Below, piece after piece: positions 31,363 through 42,900 of a stretch of 56,047 bases of DNA. The DNA is taken from positions 1 through 56,047 of the forward strand of contig PDIP01000135.1 in assembly GCA_002811645.1 (NCBI GenBank). Direction: 5' to 3'. The stretch's first letter is position 1, and each line of letters opens with the position of its first letter. Below the pieces are notes generated by a model. The model saw nothing but the letters and a program-made list of their open reading frames with translations. It searched no databases and was not told where the DNA came from. Source of the stretch: Corallochytrium limacisporum Hawaii (lineage: Eukaryota > Protista > Pluriformea). The translations under genes were made by a program, and so were the position numbers.

Positions 31363-33150
31363 ATGAAAGGCCCTTTTCACCGGCGCCAAGGCTCTAGCAC
31401 CAGCGCCAAAGGGCATCGACGGACCCCCAGTCGCGCTTCCACACATACATATCCATTTCCGGAAGAGAATGGACGACTGGGCAGTGGGCGTAGTATTTCA
31501 TCTTATCATAGTCAGTCTGCTTCAGAATTGCCGCATCAGGCACTGACATTGCAGAAATGGACGAACTACTTCATGGGGTGGCAACCTCGGTACTTTACCT
31601 TACTAGGAGGAGTCCTGTCATACTATACGTCACAGGAGGAAGCACAGTACGGTTGCAGGGGTAGTATCAATCTGAAGGATGCAGAAGTAAGGGTGGATGA
31701 ATATGATCCCTATCGTCTCGACGTCATTTTACATGACACCGCATGGTTTATAAGATTCACGATGACGGAGACACGGCAAGTATGGCTGGAGGACATTCTT
31801 CTGAGTAAAGAAATTCTAAATCAGCAACACGGTGGGTCTGACACTGGTTCACAGAAGCATTCATCGTCTGCCTCTAGTATGCAGTCCATCAGAGAAGAGC
31901 TCGTCAGGCAAATGGACAATGCTTTAGAAGAAATCGACACGTATCGCGATGTTCTGGATAAGCAGACAGTGACAATGAGTCAGTGGTACGAACTGCTAAT
32001 GAATCTGCCTGATCTGGAAGCAGCTATGCGAAGGGTCGTTAGTAACGGGGAGGTCAAGGAAATTCCCGTCAATTTTACACCGGCAAACTTGCGGGAAAAC
32101 TCTGTAACGTTCAAAAGCACGGTAAAGGGCATGATGGACCAAGTGGAGGACATGCGAGAACTCTTTGTACGGCTTGAAGAAGAAGATCGGGCCAGAATCG
32201 AGGACAAGAACCGAAAAATCAAGGAGCTAGAGAAAGAGTTAACAGAAGCTCGCCGGAACGGAGCGTCTTTTTCACAAACAACAGATATCCGTAAGTCTGG
32301 ACCAGATTTCATGGAAGGACCGTACAGTAGGGTGGAGGAAAGTGAGTTCTTCGATGCTATTGACGAGGCAGATCACATTCAAGAGATGCGATTGAAGGCT
32401 TTGCAGAAACCTGAGAGTCCACGGAGTACGAAAGGTGAGGATGAACACGAATTTTCTGAAACTGTGCGATCTATGTGTGAGGAATTCCTTGTCTACGCGA
32501 ATGAAGATATCAACACAACGTGGAAAATGGTGTACACAGAAAACGGCCTAGACGTTTACAGGCGTGATGAGACTACGGAAGGAGACATCACTGTGGACAA
32601 GCTCAAAGCAAACCACTATGTACCTGGACAGACTGCCTTTGAGTTCTGTGATTACTACTATGACATAGATCGTCGGCGCGACTGGGAAGGCATTTTAGAG
32701 ACTGTGAACGTCATAGAGTTCCTGGACAAACAGACTCTTGTGGCCCAGAACCTATACAAACAAGTCTGGCCCGCAGCACAAAGGGAGGCGCTTGTCCTGA
32801 ATCACCTTCGTCGGGAGCCCAATGACAGTGTCATGGTAGTCTGCAAGAGCGTTGAGCACCCGAAATGCCCAATTGCCAACGGAGTTGTGAGAGTAAGTGC
32901 GTTTACTGGTATGGTTTGCACAACCGAGTATAAGAACGGAAAGGGACCTGACTCTGAAGGCCTGACTCGTGATGATATTGGGTGCCGCGTAGTCTATTTC
33001 TCGGAGATCAATCCTGGGGGTTGGTTGCCACCTTCAATCGTGCGTCAGGCATCAAAGCGTGAATACCCAAAGGTGTTGCAGGCCATCACAATGGCATCCA
33101 CTTCATGGTATAAAAGCAAAGCCATTGACCACGGAGCGCGGCTAAAATGA
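31363..33150 (+). CDS. CERT1: Ceramide transfer protein CERT (PH + FFAT + START)
   Basis: PH domain LQKWTNYFMGWQPRYF...GCRGSI; middle ENSVTFKST; FFAT motif EFFDAID; START domain YKQVWPAAQRE, NPGGWLP, KREYPK. Confidence 0.93.
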   Translation: MKGPFHRRQGSSTSAKGHRRTPSRASTHTYPFPEENGRLGSGRSISSYHSQSASELPHQALTLQKWTNYFMGWQPRYFTLLGGVLSYYTSQEEAQYGCRGSINLKDAEVRVDEYDPYRLDVILHDTAWFIRFTMTETRQVWLEDILLSKEILNQQHGGSDTGSQKHSSSASSMQSIREELVRQMDNALEEIDTYRDVLDKQTVTMSQWYELLMNLPDLEAAMRRVVSNGEVKEIPVNFTPANLRENSVTFKSTVKGMMDQVEDMRELFVRLEEEDRARIEDKNRKIKELEKELTEARRNGASFSQTTDIRKSGPDFMEGPYSRVEESEFFDAIDEADHIQEMRLKALQKPESPRSTKGEDEHEFSETVRSMCEEFLVYANEDINTTWKMVYTENGLDVYRRDETTEGDITVDKLKANHYVPGQTAFEFCDYYYDIDRRRDWEGILETVNVIEFLDKQTLVAQNLYKQVWPAAQREALVLNHLRREPNDSVMVVCKSVEHPKCPIANGVVRVSAFTGMVCTTEYKNGKGPDSEGLTRDDIGCRVVYFSEINPGGWLPPSIVRQASKREYPKVLQAITMASTSWYKSKAIDHGARLK

Positions 33151-33195
33151 ACTCGTTACGTTTATTGACTTAAGAAATACCGATTTTGTTTACCA

Positions 33196-34998
33196 TCATT
33201 CTTGATTCAAATGGCCACTGATCAGGACAAGCAGGTCATTTGCTCTGGCGACCTCGGGTCCTCGGAAACTCAGCAACAGGGAGCAGTATAGTTCAGCCTT
33301 TTCCCACTCCTCCTCGCTGTAAAAGAACTCTGCAAGGTAATGCAGACTAGGTACATTTTCTTCGTCAAAGTGACCCACAGTCATTTCTTTGTGATTTAAG
33401 CATAGACTGTGATAGTAAGCAGCCTTCCTTGAATCCCCCTGGTCATTATAAAGCTCTGCAAGCCGGGCAATTGCAATGCCCTGAGACTCTCCGTTGCTTA
33501 CTGCTCTCTCAAAACACTGGATTGCTTGATCCCTCTTCTGCATGTTTTCATACGTCGTGGCGAGACCGCACCACATCCTGGCATCGTAAGGGCGGAGAAA
33601 CACCGCTTTTCTGTAGTAGTAGCAGGCGTAGTGCGGCAAGTCTAAAAGCTCATATGTTTGTCCAAGGCCATGCCAAGCACGGTAGTCGTTCGGATCTACC
33701 TCAACCGCACTCCGGTAAGCGTTAATCGCAGCTGTCGTACTGCGCAATTCCAAGTATTCGTGGCCCATGAGTGTCCATGCGCTCAGGTAGTTACGATCCA
33801 GTCGCAAAGCTCTCTGGAAGTATACGACAGCCTTCTCATGGTCCCCCATAAGACTGAAGTAGTTGCCAATAATGCAACAAGTTTCAGGCCTGTAGCGATC
33901 AATGGCAATGGCATTCTTTGCAAGGGCATTCAAACTTGTGGTCTCACGCTTGACATACAGAATGTTTGAGTAGATGTCCGCATCTTCTAGCCGGTGAGGA
34001 TCTGACCTTCGGATGCTCTCAAACAACGGCACAGCTTCCTCGTGTTCGCGCAGGTGGTACTTTGCTCTAGCTGCGCATGACAACGCAAATGGTAGGTCGT
34101 TAAAGTTATCAAGCACGACTTGAATTATCTCCAGTGCCTCTTCACTGCGCTGCAGATTGACTAGCGCTTCCATGGCAAAAAATGAAACCATCCAGTGATT
34201 TGGAAGCTTAGCAGGGGGATCCGATCGAGTCCCTTTGGGTAAAGTGTGCACAGAGGTCCCCTCCGTCAAAGCAACAAATTCGTCAATGCTGTGTGTGGTC
34301 TTGGACAGTTCTACCCAGGCGCTCCAATTCATGGGAATCAATCGCAACGCCTCACAAAGATACTTTTTTGCCTCATCGAAGAGCCCCATGCGGCTCAGGA
34401 CAGAGCCCAACAAATACAGTTGCCAGCCGTCAGCCTTGCCGGACCTTGCGATTGTATACAGGCGTTCTTTCAACGGCAAGTATTTGCTGTCATGTATCAT
34501 TCCTGACTCAGTTTCTCGAGCATCCGCGATTCCTTTCTCAACTGATAAGAGTTCTGCATAGTCATTCAGGAAGCAACACACGTCACAGTTTCCCGGACCC
34601 TTCAGGAAGTCCATTGCCCGCAAGAACTGTTGAGTTTCAATACATCCCTTACCAACGCTATAGTCCGCAAAGCACTCTGGCTGATGCGATACAGAGGGCG
34701 CAAGCTTTGTACCCATACCCTCGTCCTCAAGGCGTGTGTTGACATTCTTTAGCAATTGTCCCAGCCAGAGCGCACTGTGGCTCAATCCGCGTTGCAACAC
34801 GGTGGACAGTCCATTGAGAATCTCATCCCGGGCTTGGAGGAGCTGCGCCGTATCCCAAGGCTGGTCATTCTGTAAGACTAAGCTCTTAAGATAACCCCGC
34901 GGGCTTAAACCCGGCCGTGGCACTGGCTGATCTGTATCCGCATCAATCGATTCCTGAAAAAGTGCCCGTCTAGGCTGCCTGCCTGCAGGTAAGGACAT
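33196..34998 (-). CDS. CDC23: Anaphase-promoting complex subunit 8 / CDC23
   Basis: QRGLSHSALWL, DIYSNILYV, RPETCCIIGNYFSL, AWTLMGHEYLE, DYRAWHGLGQTYELL TPR motifs. Confidence 0.96.
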   Translation of the reverse strand: MSLPAGRQPRRALFQESIDADTDQPVPRPGLSPRGYLKSLVLQNDQPWDTAQLLQARDEILNGLSTVLQRGLSHSALWLGQLLKNVNTRLEDEGMGTKLAPSVSHQPECFADYSVGKGCIETQQFLRAMDFLKGPGNCDVCCFLNDYAELLSVEKGIADARETESGMIHDSKYLPLKERLYTIARSGKADGWQLYLLGSVLSRMGLFDEAKKYLCEALRLIPMNWSAWVELSKTTHSIDEFVALTEGTSVHTLPKGTRSDPPAKLPNHWMVSFFAMEALVNLQRSEEALEIIQVVLDNFNDLPFALSCAARAKYHLREHEEAVPLFESIRRSDPHRLEDADIYSNILYVKRETTSLNALAKNAIAIDRYRPETCCIIGNYFSLMGDHEKAVVYFQRALRLDRNYLSAWTLMGHEYLELRSTTAAINAYRSAVEVDPNDYRAWHGLGQTYELLDLPHYACYYYRKAVFLRPYDARMWCGLATTYENMQKRDQAIQCFERAVSNGESQGIAIARLAELYNDQGDSRKAAYYHSLCLNHKEMTVGHFDEENVPSLHYLAEFFYSEEEWEKAELYCSLLLSFRGPEVARANDLLVLISGHLNQE

Positions 34999-35300
34999 GA
35001 CCAAAGCTCAGGAAGTAACATTGGGCCAAGTGGATGCTTTATTGAGGGATCTTCACGCATTCCTTCGAAGACAACACCTCAAAAACCTGTCAGGTTAAAC
35101 GGACGACTGGCCCAAGAAATTCAGCCCCCTCTTTTTAATTTTGGCGCGAACGTGATGATTTCGTGAAGTGTTGGGTAGTGATGTGGAGAAATGGGGGGAG
35201 GGGTCGATACTAATCAATAATTGGCTTTCAGCCAGAAGGGCCGTGTGCATGGGTGGGCAGGGGTCGAGTCGAAGGGCTAGATCGTGAGAAGACCGCCCAG

Positions 35301-35413
35301 GTACAAGGGGTTCGAAGCGCCCACTGACATGCATCCACGGCATGGTTGTGAGCAGGCCTCCAAGCCTATGATTTGCTGTGCACTGAGACTTGGATTATCA
35401 AGAGGGTATGTAG
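35301..35413 (+). other. Predicted 5'-UTR intron of the SerRS gene
   Basis: CAG|GTACAAG donor; acceptor uncertain (TGTAG at 35413). Confidence 0.35.
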
Positions 35414-35431
35414 AATTTGAATGGTGTCGCC

Positions 35432-36961
35432 ATGAGGTTGTTGGCACGAGCAGTACTGCGGAACGGCCGATCATTGAGCCGAGCAGCCGACTGCTCCACA
35501 GATGCCATACATTGGCGGCAGTTTGGTTCTTCCAGCGTGAATTTGATGCGACTTTATCAACCATGGATCTGTGTATTGGATGATCAAAAGCCGAGAACAT
35601 CCATTGATGTCAAGAGCTTTGAACAAGTTGTAGAGATTCATCAAAAGAATATTGAAAGCAGATATTTGGATGTACCGAAACAGCATGCGGTGTTTACACT
35701 TCCTCAGAATATTGAAAAACTTGCTCGTAAACGGAGGGAGATAGTTCAAATTCAAAATGAATTGCATCGACTGAAGAACTCTAATGCAAGGGACATAAAG
35801 GAAATAGCCAAAGATGTTAAGAATGGTGATCCGCATGCCATCTCACGTAGGGGAGATCTGATTGCCAAGGGAAAGATGATACGAGAGCGGATGCAAAAAG
35901 TAGACGGTGAGTTGATGAGTATTGAGAATGACCTGCATGAAAACATTAGCATTCTACCGAACTTAAGTCATCCAATGGCTGAAGAACTTACGGAACCCAC
36001 CGTTGTCGATATGTCCCCCCGCGATAAGCCTAGATTTGAATTCCCAGTACGTGATCACCTTGAATTGGCAGGTGACCGGATCGATTTCAAGACCGCAGGA
36101 AATATGACGGGGCATGCCTATTACTTGTTAAAGGGTGACTTAGCTCTTCTGGAGCTGGCTCTGGTGCAATTTGCACTGCAAGAGGCCGTCAACCATGGCT
36201 TCGAAGTGATCATCCCACCAGATGTCGTTCGGGACTCATATATGGAAGCCTGCGGTTTCTTCCCCCGTGATGAAGCCACTCAAATTTATAGACTCCATGA
36301 GACAAAGCATCGAGGACTGTGTCTAGCAGGTACTTCTGAGGTGACCATTGCCGCAAGTCATGCAGGGCAGACACTGAGAAAGGAAAGTCTTCCAATTCGC
36401 ACCGCGGCGTTTAGTCACTGCTTCCGGGCAGAAGCTGGTGGGTACGGTGCCACTGCAAGAGGTCTCTACCGCGTTCATCAATTCTCAAAGGTAGAGCTCT
36501 TCGTGGTCAGCAGTGGGTACAACTCAACGCATCCAGAGCAGTCTGCACAACAAGCTGATGCGCTCCTTGACGAGATGTTGGCCCTGCAGCGACGTATTCT
36601 TGACAAACTCGAGCTTCACTATCGCGTGCTTGACATGCCGCCACATGAACTTGGTGCTAGTGCCAGTCGGAAATTTGACATCGAGGCCTGGATGCCGGCC
36701 CGAAGAGTGTACGGAGAGGTCACTAGTGCAAGCTTATGCACAGATTACCAGGCCCGTCGATTGGCAATCAAAGCGCAACCAGACGGAATGGGAGAAAGTC
36801 ACCACTGTTATACTCTGAATGCCACCGCACTTGCCGTCCCTCGTTGTATTCTTGCACTTTTGGAAACCCATCAGCAAAAAGATGGCTCCATCAAACTGCC
36901 GGATGCTCTCGTCCCCTTCTTTCTGGGCCAACATAGTCCGAAGATTCCCGCGAAAAGTTGA
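35432..36961 (+). CDS. SARS2: Seryl-tRNA synthetase, probably mitochondrial
   Basis: Arg-rich presequence-like N-terminus; LAGTSE, FRAEAG, GLYRVHQFSKVE, KFDIEAWMP, YQARRL, NATALAVPR class II motifs. Confidence 0.92.
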   Translation: MRLLARAVLRNGRSLSRAADCSTDAIHWRQFGSSSVNLMRLYQPWICVLDDQKPRTSIDVKSFEQVVEIHQKNIESRYLDVPKQHAVFTLPQNIEKLARKRREIVQIQNELHRLKNSNARDIKEIAKDVKNGDPHAISRRGDLIAKGKMIRERMQKVDGELMSIENDLHENISILPNLSHPMAEELTEPTVVDMSPRDKPRFEFPVRDHLELAGDRIDFKTAGNMTGHAYYLLKGDLALLELALVQFALQEAVNHGFEVIIPPDVVRDSYMEACGFFPRDEATQIYRLHETKHRGLCLAGTSEVTIAASHAGQTLRKESLPIRTAAFSHCFRAEAGGYGATARGLYRVHQFSKVELFVVSSGYNSTHPEQSAQQADALLDEMLALQRRILDKLELHYRVLDMPPHELGASASRKFDIEAWMPARRVYGEVTSASLCTDYQARRLAIKAQPDGMGESHHCYTLNATALAVPRCILALLETHQQKDGSIKLPDALVPFFLGQHSPKIPAKS

Positions 36962-37041
36962 ACCAGATGTTGGTATCGTCAAATAGATAGTGTAAATTAG
37001 AGCCGCTTCACACTCCCTGAACTAAAACAACTTCCCTGAAC

Positions 37042-38760
37042 TCACTGCAACCCGAACATGAAGGCCTTTAGGCGGTCATCTTCGCGAGTGCCACTGGAAA
37101 TATTCCATCGACTTTGCAGTATCTGCGACATGGTCGATCCGGTGTCTTTTTGGATGCCATCAAACAGGTGTTGATTCCTACTCGCGAAAGATTTTAAGCA
37201 CTGCTCGTCTAGTGGCGTGAACAATACCTCCTTGCACACGTCGACTGCGGACACCTTTAAGTCAGCGACAAGCCTCTCAATGTTTGATTTCAATTCTGAA
37301 TCTGGCATGTTAATGAGTGTATGCAAGATTGCCGCATCGTAATTGATCTCGGTATGCAAAGTCTGTACGATATCAAGTGCAAGTGCCTGTGATTGCACAT
37401 TGTCATCGTTTATGGCATCTACAGCCATATCATGTAGATTGGTAACAATCTCCCGCAAACAATTCATTAGCCATGGGTCTGAACTTTGACTCTCTTCCAA
37501 AAACGTGTGCACTGAAACGCTTATGTTCCTCGCCAGCTGTAGGGCATGCAGACGAATGCTTGGGACTTCGTGATCCAAGCACTGCCAGAGGATCCCAGAT
37601 CCTGCATCTGCTATGTTGGAGCCTAACCCTTCTGCAGCTCCCAGAAACTCTTGTGGCCCAACGAGTGACTCTTGGCTCGGGCCTAAGGCTGCTTCCCTGC
37701 GCTTCGCTTTTCTTTCTCCAAGTAGCATTTCCCCGGGAGATGTCCAGACGTACGCCAGCGTGACTATTTTCAGAAAGTACTGTCTCGCAGAATCCGCAGC
37801 TCTCTTCTGGTATGCCTGCTGCCATGATTGCAAATTTGAAGGCCACAGCTCGCTCACAATCTGAAGGCAGGTTGAGATTTCACGAGAATTACAAGTACAT
37901 GCTACACGCATCATACACTCTTCAAGCAAGAATATGGTGTCCTTATTTGCGCAAGTCTTCGTGTTTGAAAATAAGTCAATCTGACATATGTCCCGTACGG
38001 CCGCAAGGGTATTGTGTCGTCCTTCGCGCAAAGAAGATGCCATGGAGTGAAGGATGCGATCCATTTGCAATATTGATAGACTTGGCCGCTGCCGGAGAAC
38101 TTTCTGCAGAGCCTGCCATGCGAGTTGAGATATATTGTTGCACGGATCGTCTAGTGTGTCGAGCAACCATGGCAAGTACGGAGCTGTCAACACTCGCTCA
38201 GTGGAGTAGATAATGTGTAGAAAGTGAATCCACATGAAACGAATCTCTGGCGGCTGTGTCGATTCTGGCTCTCCAAATTCGGCGATAAAGTGTTTCTCTA
38301 CAAACCGGTCCATTCCTCTCTGAGCAATTGCTACCTTGAGGAACTTACTGCATGCTTGCTGCAAGGAAGCATGGCACTGAGGGTCTTTGAGAAATTCAAT
38401 GACATTTAACACCAGGTTAGCAACATGAGCGTTCTCCTCTCCACTAAATACATCGTCAATTTTGAAGCTGAGATATTGTGTCCAAAATCGGACTGCGCTT
38501 GTCTGCACCTTATACTGCTTTGATGTATCTGATCTCACCGCAAGCAAGACAGTTTCCGAAAATGGCAGCCAGGTTTTCCTTGCATCTGATCTATTCACAT
38601 ATTTTGCCCCAAAACGAGCACACTGAAGAGCTCGAAGCAATTTTGTAGCATCCGAACCATCACTACTACTACTATCCAATCGAATGGAACGGATGTGTCT
38701 CTGCAAGTCGCGAGGCAATGCAGCCAGGTTGCGCGCAGATTTTTCCTTCTTCCGTCTCAT
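37042..38760 (-). CDS. HEAT/ARM-repeat protein, possibly divergent Integrator subunit 4-like
   Basis: Long helical ORF; LDDPCNNISQLA, AGSGILWQCLDHEVPSIRLHAL and VDAINDDNVQSQ resemble HEAT repeats of INTS4. Family assignment is tentative. Confidence 0.6.
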   Translation of the reverse strand: MRRKKEKSARNLAALPRDLQRHIRSIRLDSSSSDGSDATKLLRALQCARFGAKYVNRSDARKTWLPFSETVLLAVRSDTSKQYKVQTSAVRFWTQYLSFKIDDVFSGEENAHVANLVLNVIEFLKDPQCHASLQQACSKFLKVAIAQRGMDRFVEKHFIAEFGEPESTQPPEIRFMWIHFLHIIYSTERVLTAPYLPWLLDTLDDPCNNISQLAWQALQKVLRQRPSLSILQMDRILHSMASSLREGRHNTLAAVRDICQIDLFSNTKTCANKDTIFLLEECMMRVACTCNSREISTCLQIVSELWPSNLQSWQQAYQKRAADSARQYFLKIVTLAYVWTSPGEMLLGERKAKRREAALGPSQESLVGPQEFLGAAEGLGSNIADAGSGILWQCLDHEVPSIRLHALQLARNISVSVHTFLEESQSSDPWLMNCLREIVTNLHDMAVDAINDDNVQSQALALDIVQTLHTEINYDAAILHTLINMPDSELKSNIERLVADLKVSAVDVCKEVLFTPLDEQCLKSFASRNQHLFDGIQKDTGSTMSQILQSRWNISSGTREDDRLKAFMFGLQ

Positions 38761-38806
38761 GCCAGCGTCGTGCTCGCATCCGAACACTTACGCTCACAGT
38801 GAAGGG

Positions 38807-38850
38807 CTAAAATCTACTTCGATGGTCCATTGTCATCACCTTCCTTGTAC
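38807..38850 (-). other. Predicted short leader intron (44 nt) of the HEAT-repeat gene
   Basis: CAG|GTACAAG ... GATTTTAG|; removes two upstream ATGs. A further GTAAGT lies just downstream, so the 5' structure is uncertain. Confidence 0.3.
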
Positions 38851-39093
38851 CTGTGTGCTATCGTCCACCAGCTCAGATGTACGAAGGACACTTGATGAGC
38901 TCCCCGATCCCCAACCCCCTCTATCAGGTGCAGGGCGGCGATAGGGGGGGTGGGGTAGGGTAGGTTGAGTGGTGCTGGTGACGACAGTGGTAACCATCTC
39001 CACTCCCTCGAGTTTCTTCACCGTCAAAACAGTGGACAGGAGTCTTGGTGATGGCTGATACTGTCAAGGGACGGTTGTGCAGCTGCACAGGAG

Positions 39094-39175
39094 GTATTTT
39101 ATGGGTTGACGGCTCCCCACCAATACAGCCATTGCAAACTTTGATATTGGGTGCTTAACTTGAGGGCATGCCCAG
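39094..39175 (+). other. Predicted 5'-UTR intron of the CCDC43-like gene
   Basis: GAG|GTATTT donor, GCTTAAC branch-like site, CCCAG| acceptor (alternatives at 39185 and 39209). Confidence 0.5.
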
Positions 39176-39210
39176 AAATCACCAGCTGAGAAATGCCAAA
39201 CTGAGATAGC

Positions 39211-39885
39211 ATGGAGGACACATACATGATCTTCGTAAGCAAGGTCCTCAGTGAAAAAGGGATCACTGATGATGCAATTGTCGAATACATTGGCAAGATG
39301 TTTCTGGAGGAAGGGGACGACCTTGATCCCGACGAGGCCGCTGACATAGTCCAGGGCTATGCTGAAGATGAAATCGATGGCCTCCAGACCGTTGTCGAGA
39401 AACTTCAGTGCCAGATTCGGACTCTAAAGACTCAGGAGGAAAGCAAGACTAAAGCACTCCGAGACCAGGAGCTAGAGGAGAGATTTGCCCAGCAGATGGC
39501 CATTGCACAGGAAGAGAAAGAAGCTCGTGATGCAGAGCTCGCGCGGCAGGCTGAGAAAGCCAATGCAATGGATTCAAAAGAACGAAGGCAACGAGAGGCG
39601 TTAATGGGAGCATACATGGAAGGAGAAGTAGTTGAAGAAGAGGATGAGCATGGCAATATATCCTTGGTCTACAACCAGAAATCCGACTCTGGTGGTAATT
39701 TGAATTCTATTGGCCCCAACCTGAATGCCGCAAGGGTCAAAGCTGCCGAGGTGCACCAGCGCATGGCTCAGAAAGCAGAGCATGACAAGAAGGTGTTGAG
39801 AGACAAAGAGACACTGGAGGCCCAGAAACGTAAAGAAGAAAAAGAAAAACGAAGAACACAGAAGAAGGAAAAGCGACGTATGTAG
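39211..39885 (+). CDS. Coiled-coil protein, CCDC43-like
   Basis: PWI-like N-terminus (DDAIVEYIGKMFLEE), NLNAARV, C-terminal KEKRRTQKKEKRR. Confidence 0.8.
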   Translation: MEDTYMIFVSKVLSEKGITDDAIVEYIGKMFLEEGDDLDPDEAADIVQGYAEDEIDGLQTVVEKLQCQIRTLKTQEESKTKALRDQELEERFAQQMAIAQEEKEARDAELARQAEKANAMDSKERRQREALMGAYMEGEVVEEEDEHGNISLVYNQKSDSGGNLNSIGPNLNAARVKAAEVHQRMAQKAEHDKKVLRDKETLEAQKRKEEKEKRRTQKKEKRRM

Positions 39886-39977
39886 GCAACGACTCACAGA
39901 ACATATAAGATGCACACTGCAACCTGATGTAACCTAAACGACTACAGATTAATGTATTGACCAGGAGTTAAAGTGAA

Positions 39978-42900
39978 TTAACCCTTTGTTCGTGGAGTCC
40001 CGTCATAGTGCCAAATTCCAATGGACTGGTCCGCAGAGCCAGTGACAAATGTCTGGTTATTCACACAGATGTCGTTGATGGCTCCTTTATGTGCATGCAT
40101 ACTGCCCTGCAAGGTAACGCTACCACTTTGCCACACATTCACGTAGCCACTGCGGCATGCAGTAATGATGTGGTCGTCGTCCAGGGATCTGATGCATTTC
40201 ACCCAATCACCGTGCGCATTTTTGACGCCTTGATTGACCGTATAGTCCTGTCGGCTCCATCGTTTAATTGACTTGTCCCGAGAGCCACTCCACACGTACT
40301 GGCCATCAACTAAAACACAATTGATGGCATCATAATGAGGAGGCTTGAGCGTGTTGATGTGATCAAAAGTCTTTGGGTCGAGGATTTTGACATGCTTGTC
40401 CTGACCACCGATCACGAGCTGCTGTTCGCCTTGAGGTGTAGTGAGCAAACTCAAACTGAAAATTGGTGCCCGATGGCCAGATGAACTTTGAATGGCACGC
40501 AATGTACGGCTATCCATAACGTGCATACTCTTGCCCATGGCCAATACAAATTGGTTGTCCTGAATCCAAATCATATCCGCAATATCACCACTGCTTCCAT
40601 CAATGCCATGTAGATTCACGCTCTGTACGAGCTCACCCGTCCTCGCATCCCAACGGCTAGCCTTGCTTTCAGAACAAGTCCAAGCCTCATTATTACGTAA
40701 GATGCAGGTCCTCACCGTGTTGTTAAATCCCCGCAGGGTTAGTATTTCTTGCGCAGTGTTCAGATCCCACAATCTAGAAGTCCGGTCCTGAGAACCACTT
40801 AGAAGCCAATGGCCATCAATGCTCAAAGAAACAACATCGCGTAGGTGTCCGATCAGCGTGTTTCTGAAGCTTATAGATGGTAATCCATTCATGTCAGGTT
40901 GTGAGAACGTTTCCTGTGGGCTATACATCAGATTCTGTCCAGATTGCGGGCTTCGGTCATGACTTCGATCATGTCGCACCCTTGCAGGTGAGATGAGCTC
41001 AATCTCCGCACTCTTAGTGCGACTACGTGTCATGTGCTGTGTACCAAAGGCTGCCATTTCCTCCCGAACCGAATTTAGTCGTTTGCTGACTGCGTCGTGG
41101 ATTTGAATGCTTGATGACATAGCGTCTGTAAGTTCTCCTGCAGAGACACAAGAGTCAGAGCCGTTTCGTAAGGGGCTCTGCAGGCTTCGACTGGTTGATG
41201 GCGAGTACCCAGATCGCTCTGGAGAAGGATCGCGCATGGCTTCCTCAATATACTGACGGTAGTCGTTGATTGTTTGTTCCTGTGTCAGAGACGAGTATCC
41301 CATCTCGACAAAAATCTTGAATATGTACTCAATGAAACTAGGCATGTCCTCTTCTTCGATTTGTGATACAAATTGAGTAGCTGTATCTGAGACATCGACA
41401 TTGTCCATGATGTTGCTTTGCTCACGTACAATGCTCTCTTGCAAATACCGAAACTCTTCTTGAAGAGAATCGAGATTATCTTCTGTTTCCTGCATTTCAT
41501 CGCGCTCTGCCTCAGTGGTAAGCTCTGACACGTTCGCAAGCTCTTCTTCTAAACGCTTCATCGAAGTCACGCATGCTTTTCGAAGAATGATTAGACGTTC
41601 GAGATTTCGAGTCGCCCAGTGGTGAACAATGACCTTCTGCACTTCCTGCTCCCAGACAGCGGTAACAACCTTCATGCGTGCAGCCTTTCGCTTCCGACTA
41701 CGATTCGGAGCGAATCGACCTCCCGACTGTGCCTGAGTCAGTTGAACTTGTTGCTTTGTTTTCAACGTAGTTATTTGACGCTCAGTTCGCTCTAATTTCG
41801 TCGACAGTGATGCTTTCTCCTTATTGGTACGTCTGATTATTGCATCCTTTTGCCTCACAAGCCGGTTAACTTCTTCCACCCTTTTACGATACGCTAAGTT
41901 GTCTCTTAGAGCACGACTTCTTTGATCATTCAAGCGAGTGATCTCGCACTGCAAGGCATTCAGCTTCTTCTCCATGCGATGTCGCAAGAGCAAGGCCTCT
42001 TTCGCCTGCTTCTGCTCTTGTGTTAGGTGGTCGATCTTTTGCGTCAGCCGTGCCATCTCCTCTTCATAACGTTGCTTCAAAGCACTTTTCTCTTGCTCTG
42101 TCATTGCTTTGGATTGTTCCAGTCTCTGCCGGGCTTCATTCTTTTGATTTTCATATTCTTGAATTTGGCGCATGAGATTTGCCAGTCTTTCTTCGTAGTG
42201 ATGTTTGAGATACTCATTTTCCTCGCTCAGATGTTGAAAATCCTGAATGAATTCGGTCAATTTGGTTTGCAATTCGTCTTCATCAACCTTTAGCGACGCA
42301 GCAAACGTCCGTGGAGTTGGTAGATCCTCAGACTCATCCAAGCTACGTGGTTTGGTAGTACCGTCGCCATCATTCAACCCATAGGCTTGGGCTTCTGGAG
42401 TCAGCACTTCGTGAGTAGCTTCCGCTGCTTTGTTTGCCTCACTCTTGCTTTCCTGCTCCAAATTGAGTCGCTCTTCATCTGCAAGTTCGCCGTTTGATCG
42501 ACGTTTACCAAACAGCGCACTGAACAGAGTCATCAGCTGGCGGGGATTCTTTTGTGCACTTGACGGACTGCTACATGGAGAGGAGAAACTCTCCGTCTTC
42601 GGCGCGTCCACCTTGAACACATCCGTGTCTGACATTTGCGCGGCAGCATGACTGTGGACTGACAATCCTAAACGCTCTCGCAGTGTGCGATTCTCTGAGC
42701 GCAAAGTTCGATTCTCTTCCCGCAATCGCCTACACTCCTCTGCCAATTCGTCCCGTCGATACATTTCACCACCGATAGACGTTATTCCATTACCATCACC
42801 CGAACTTCCCTTCATAGCTAATAGTTCTGCTGTTAGTTGCTGTACTTGGCGCTGAAGAGCCCTAATTTGTATGTGATCACTGTCTTCGCTGGCGACAACC

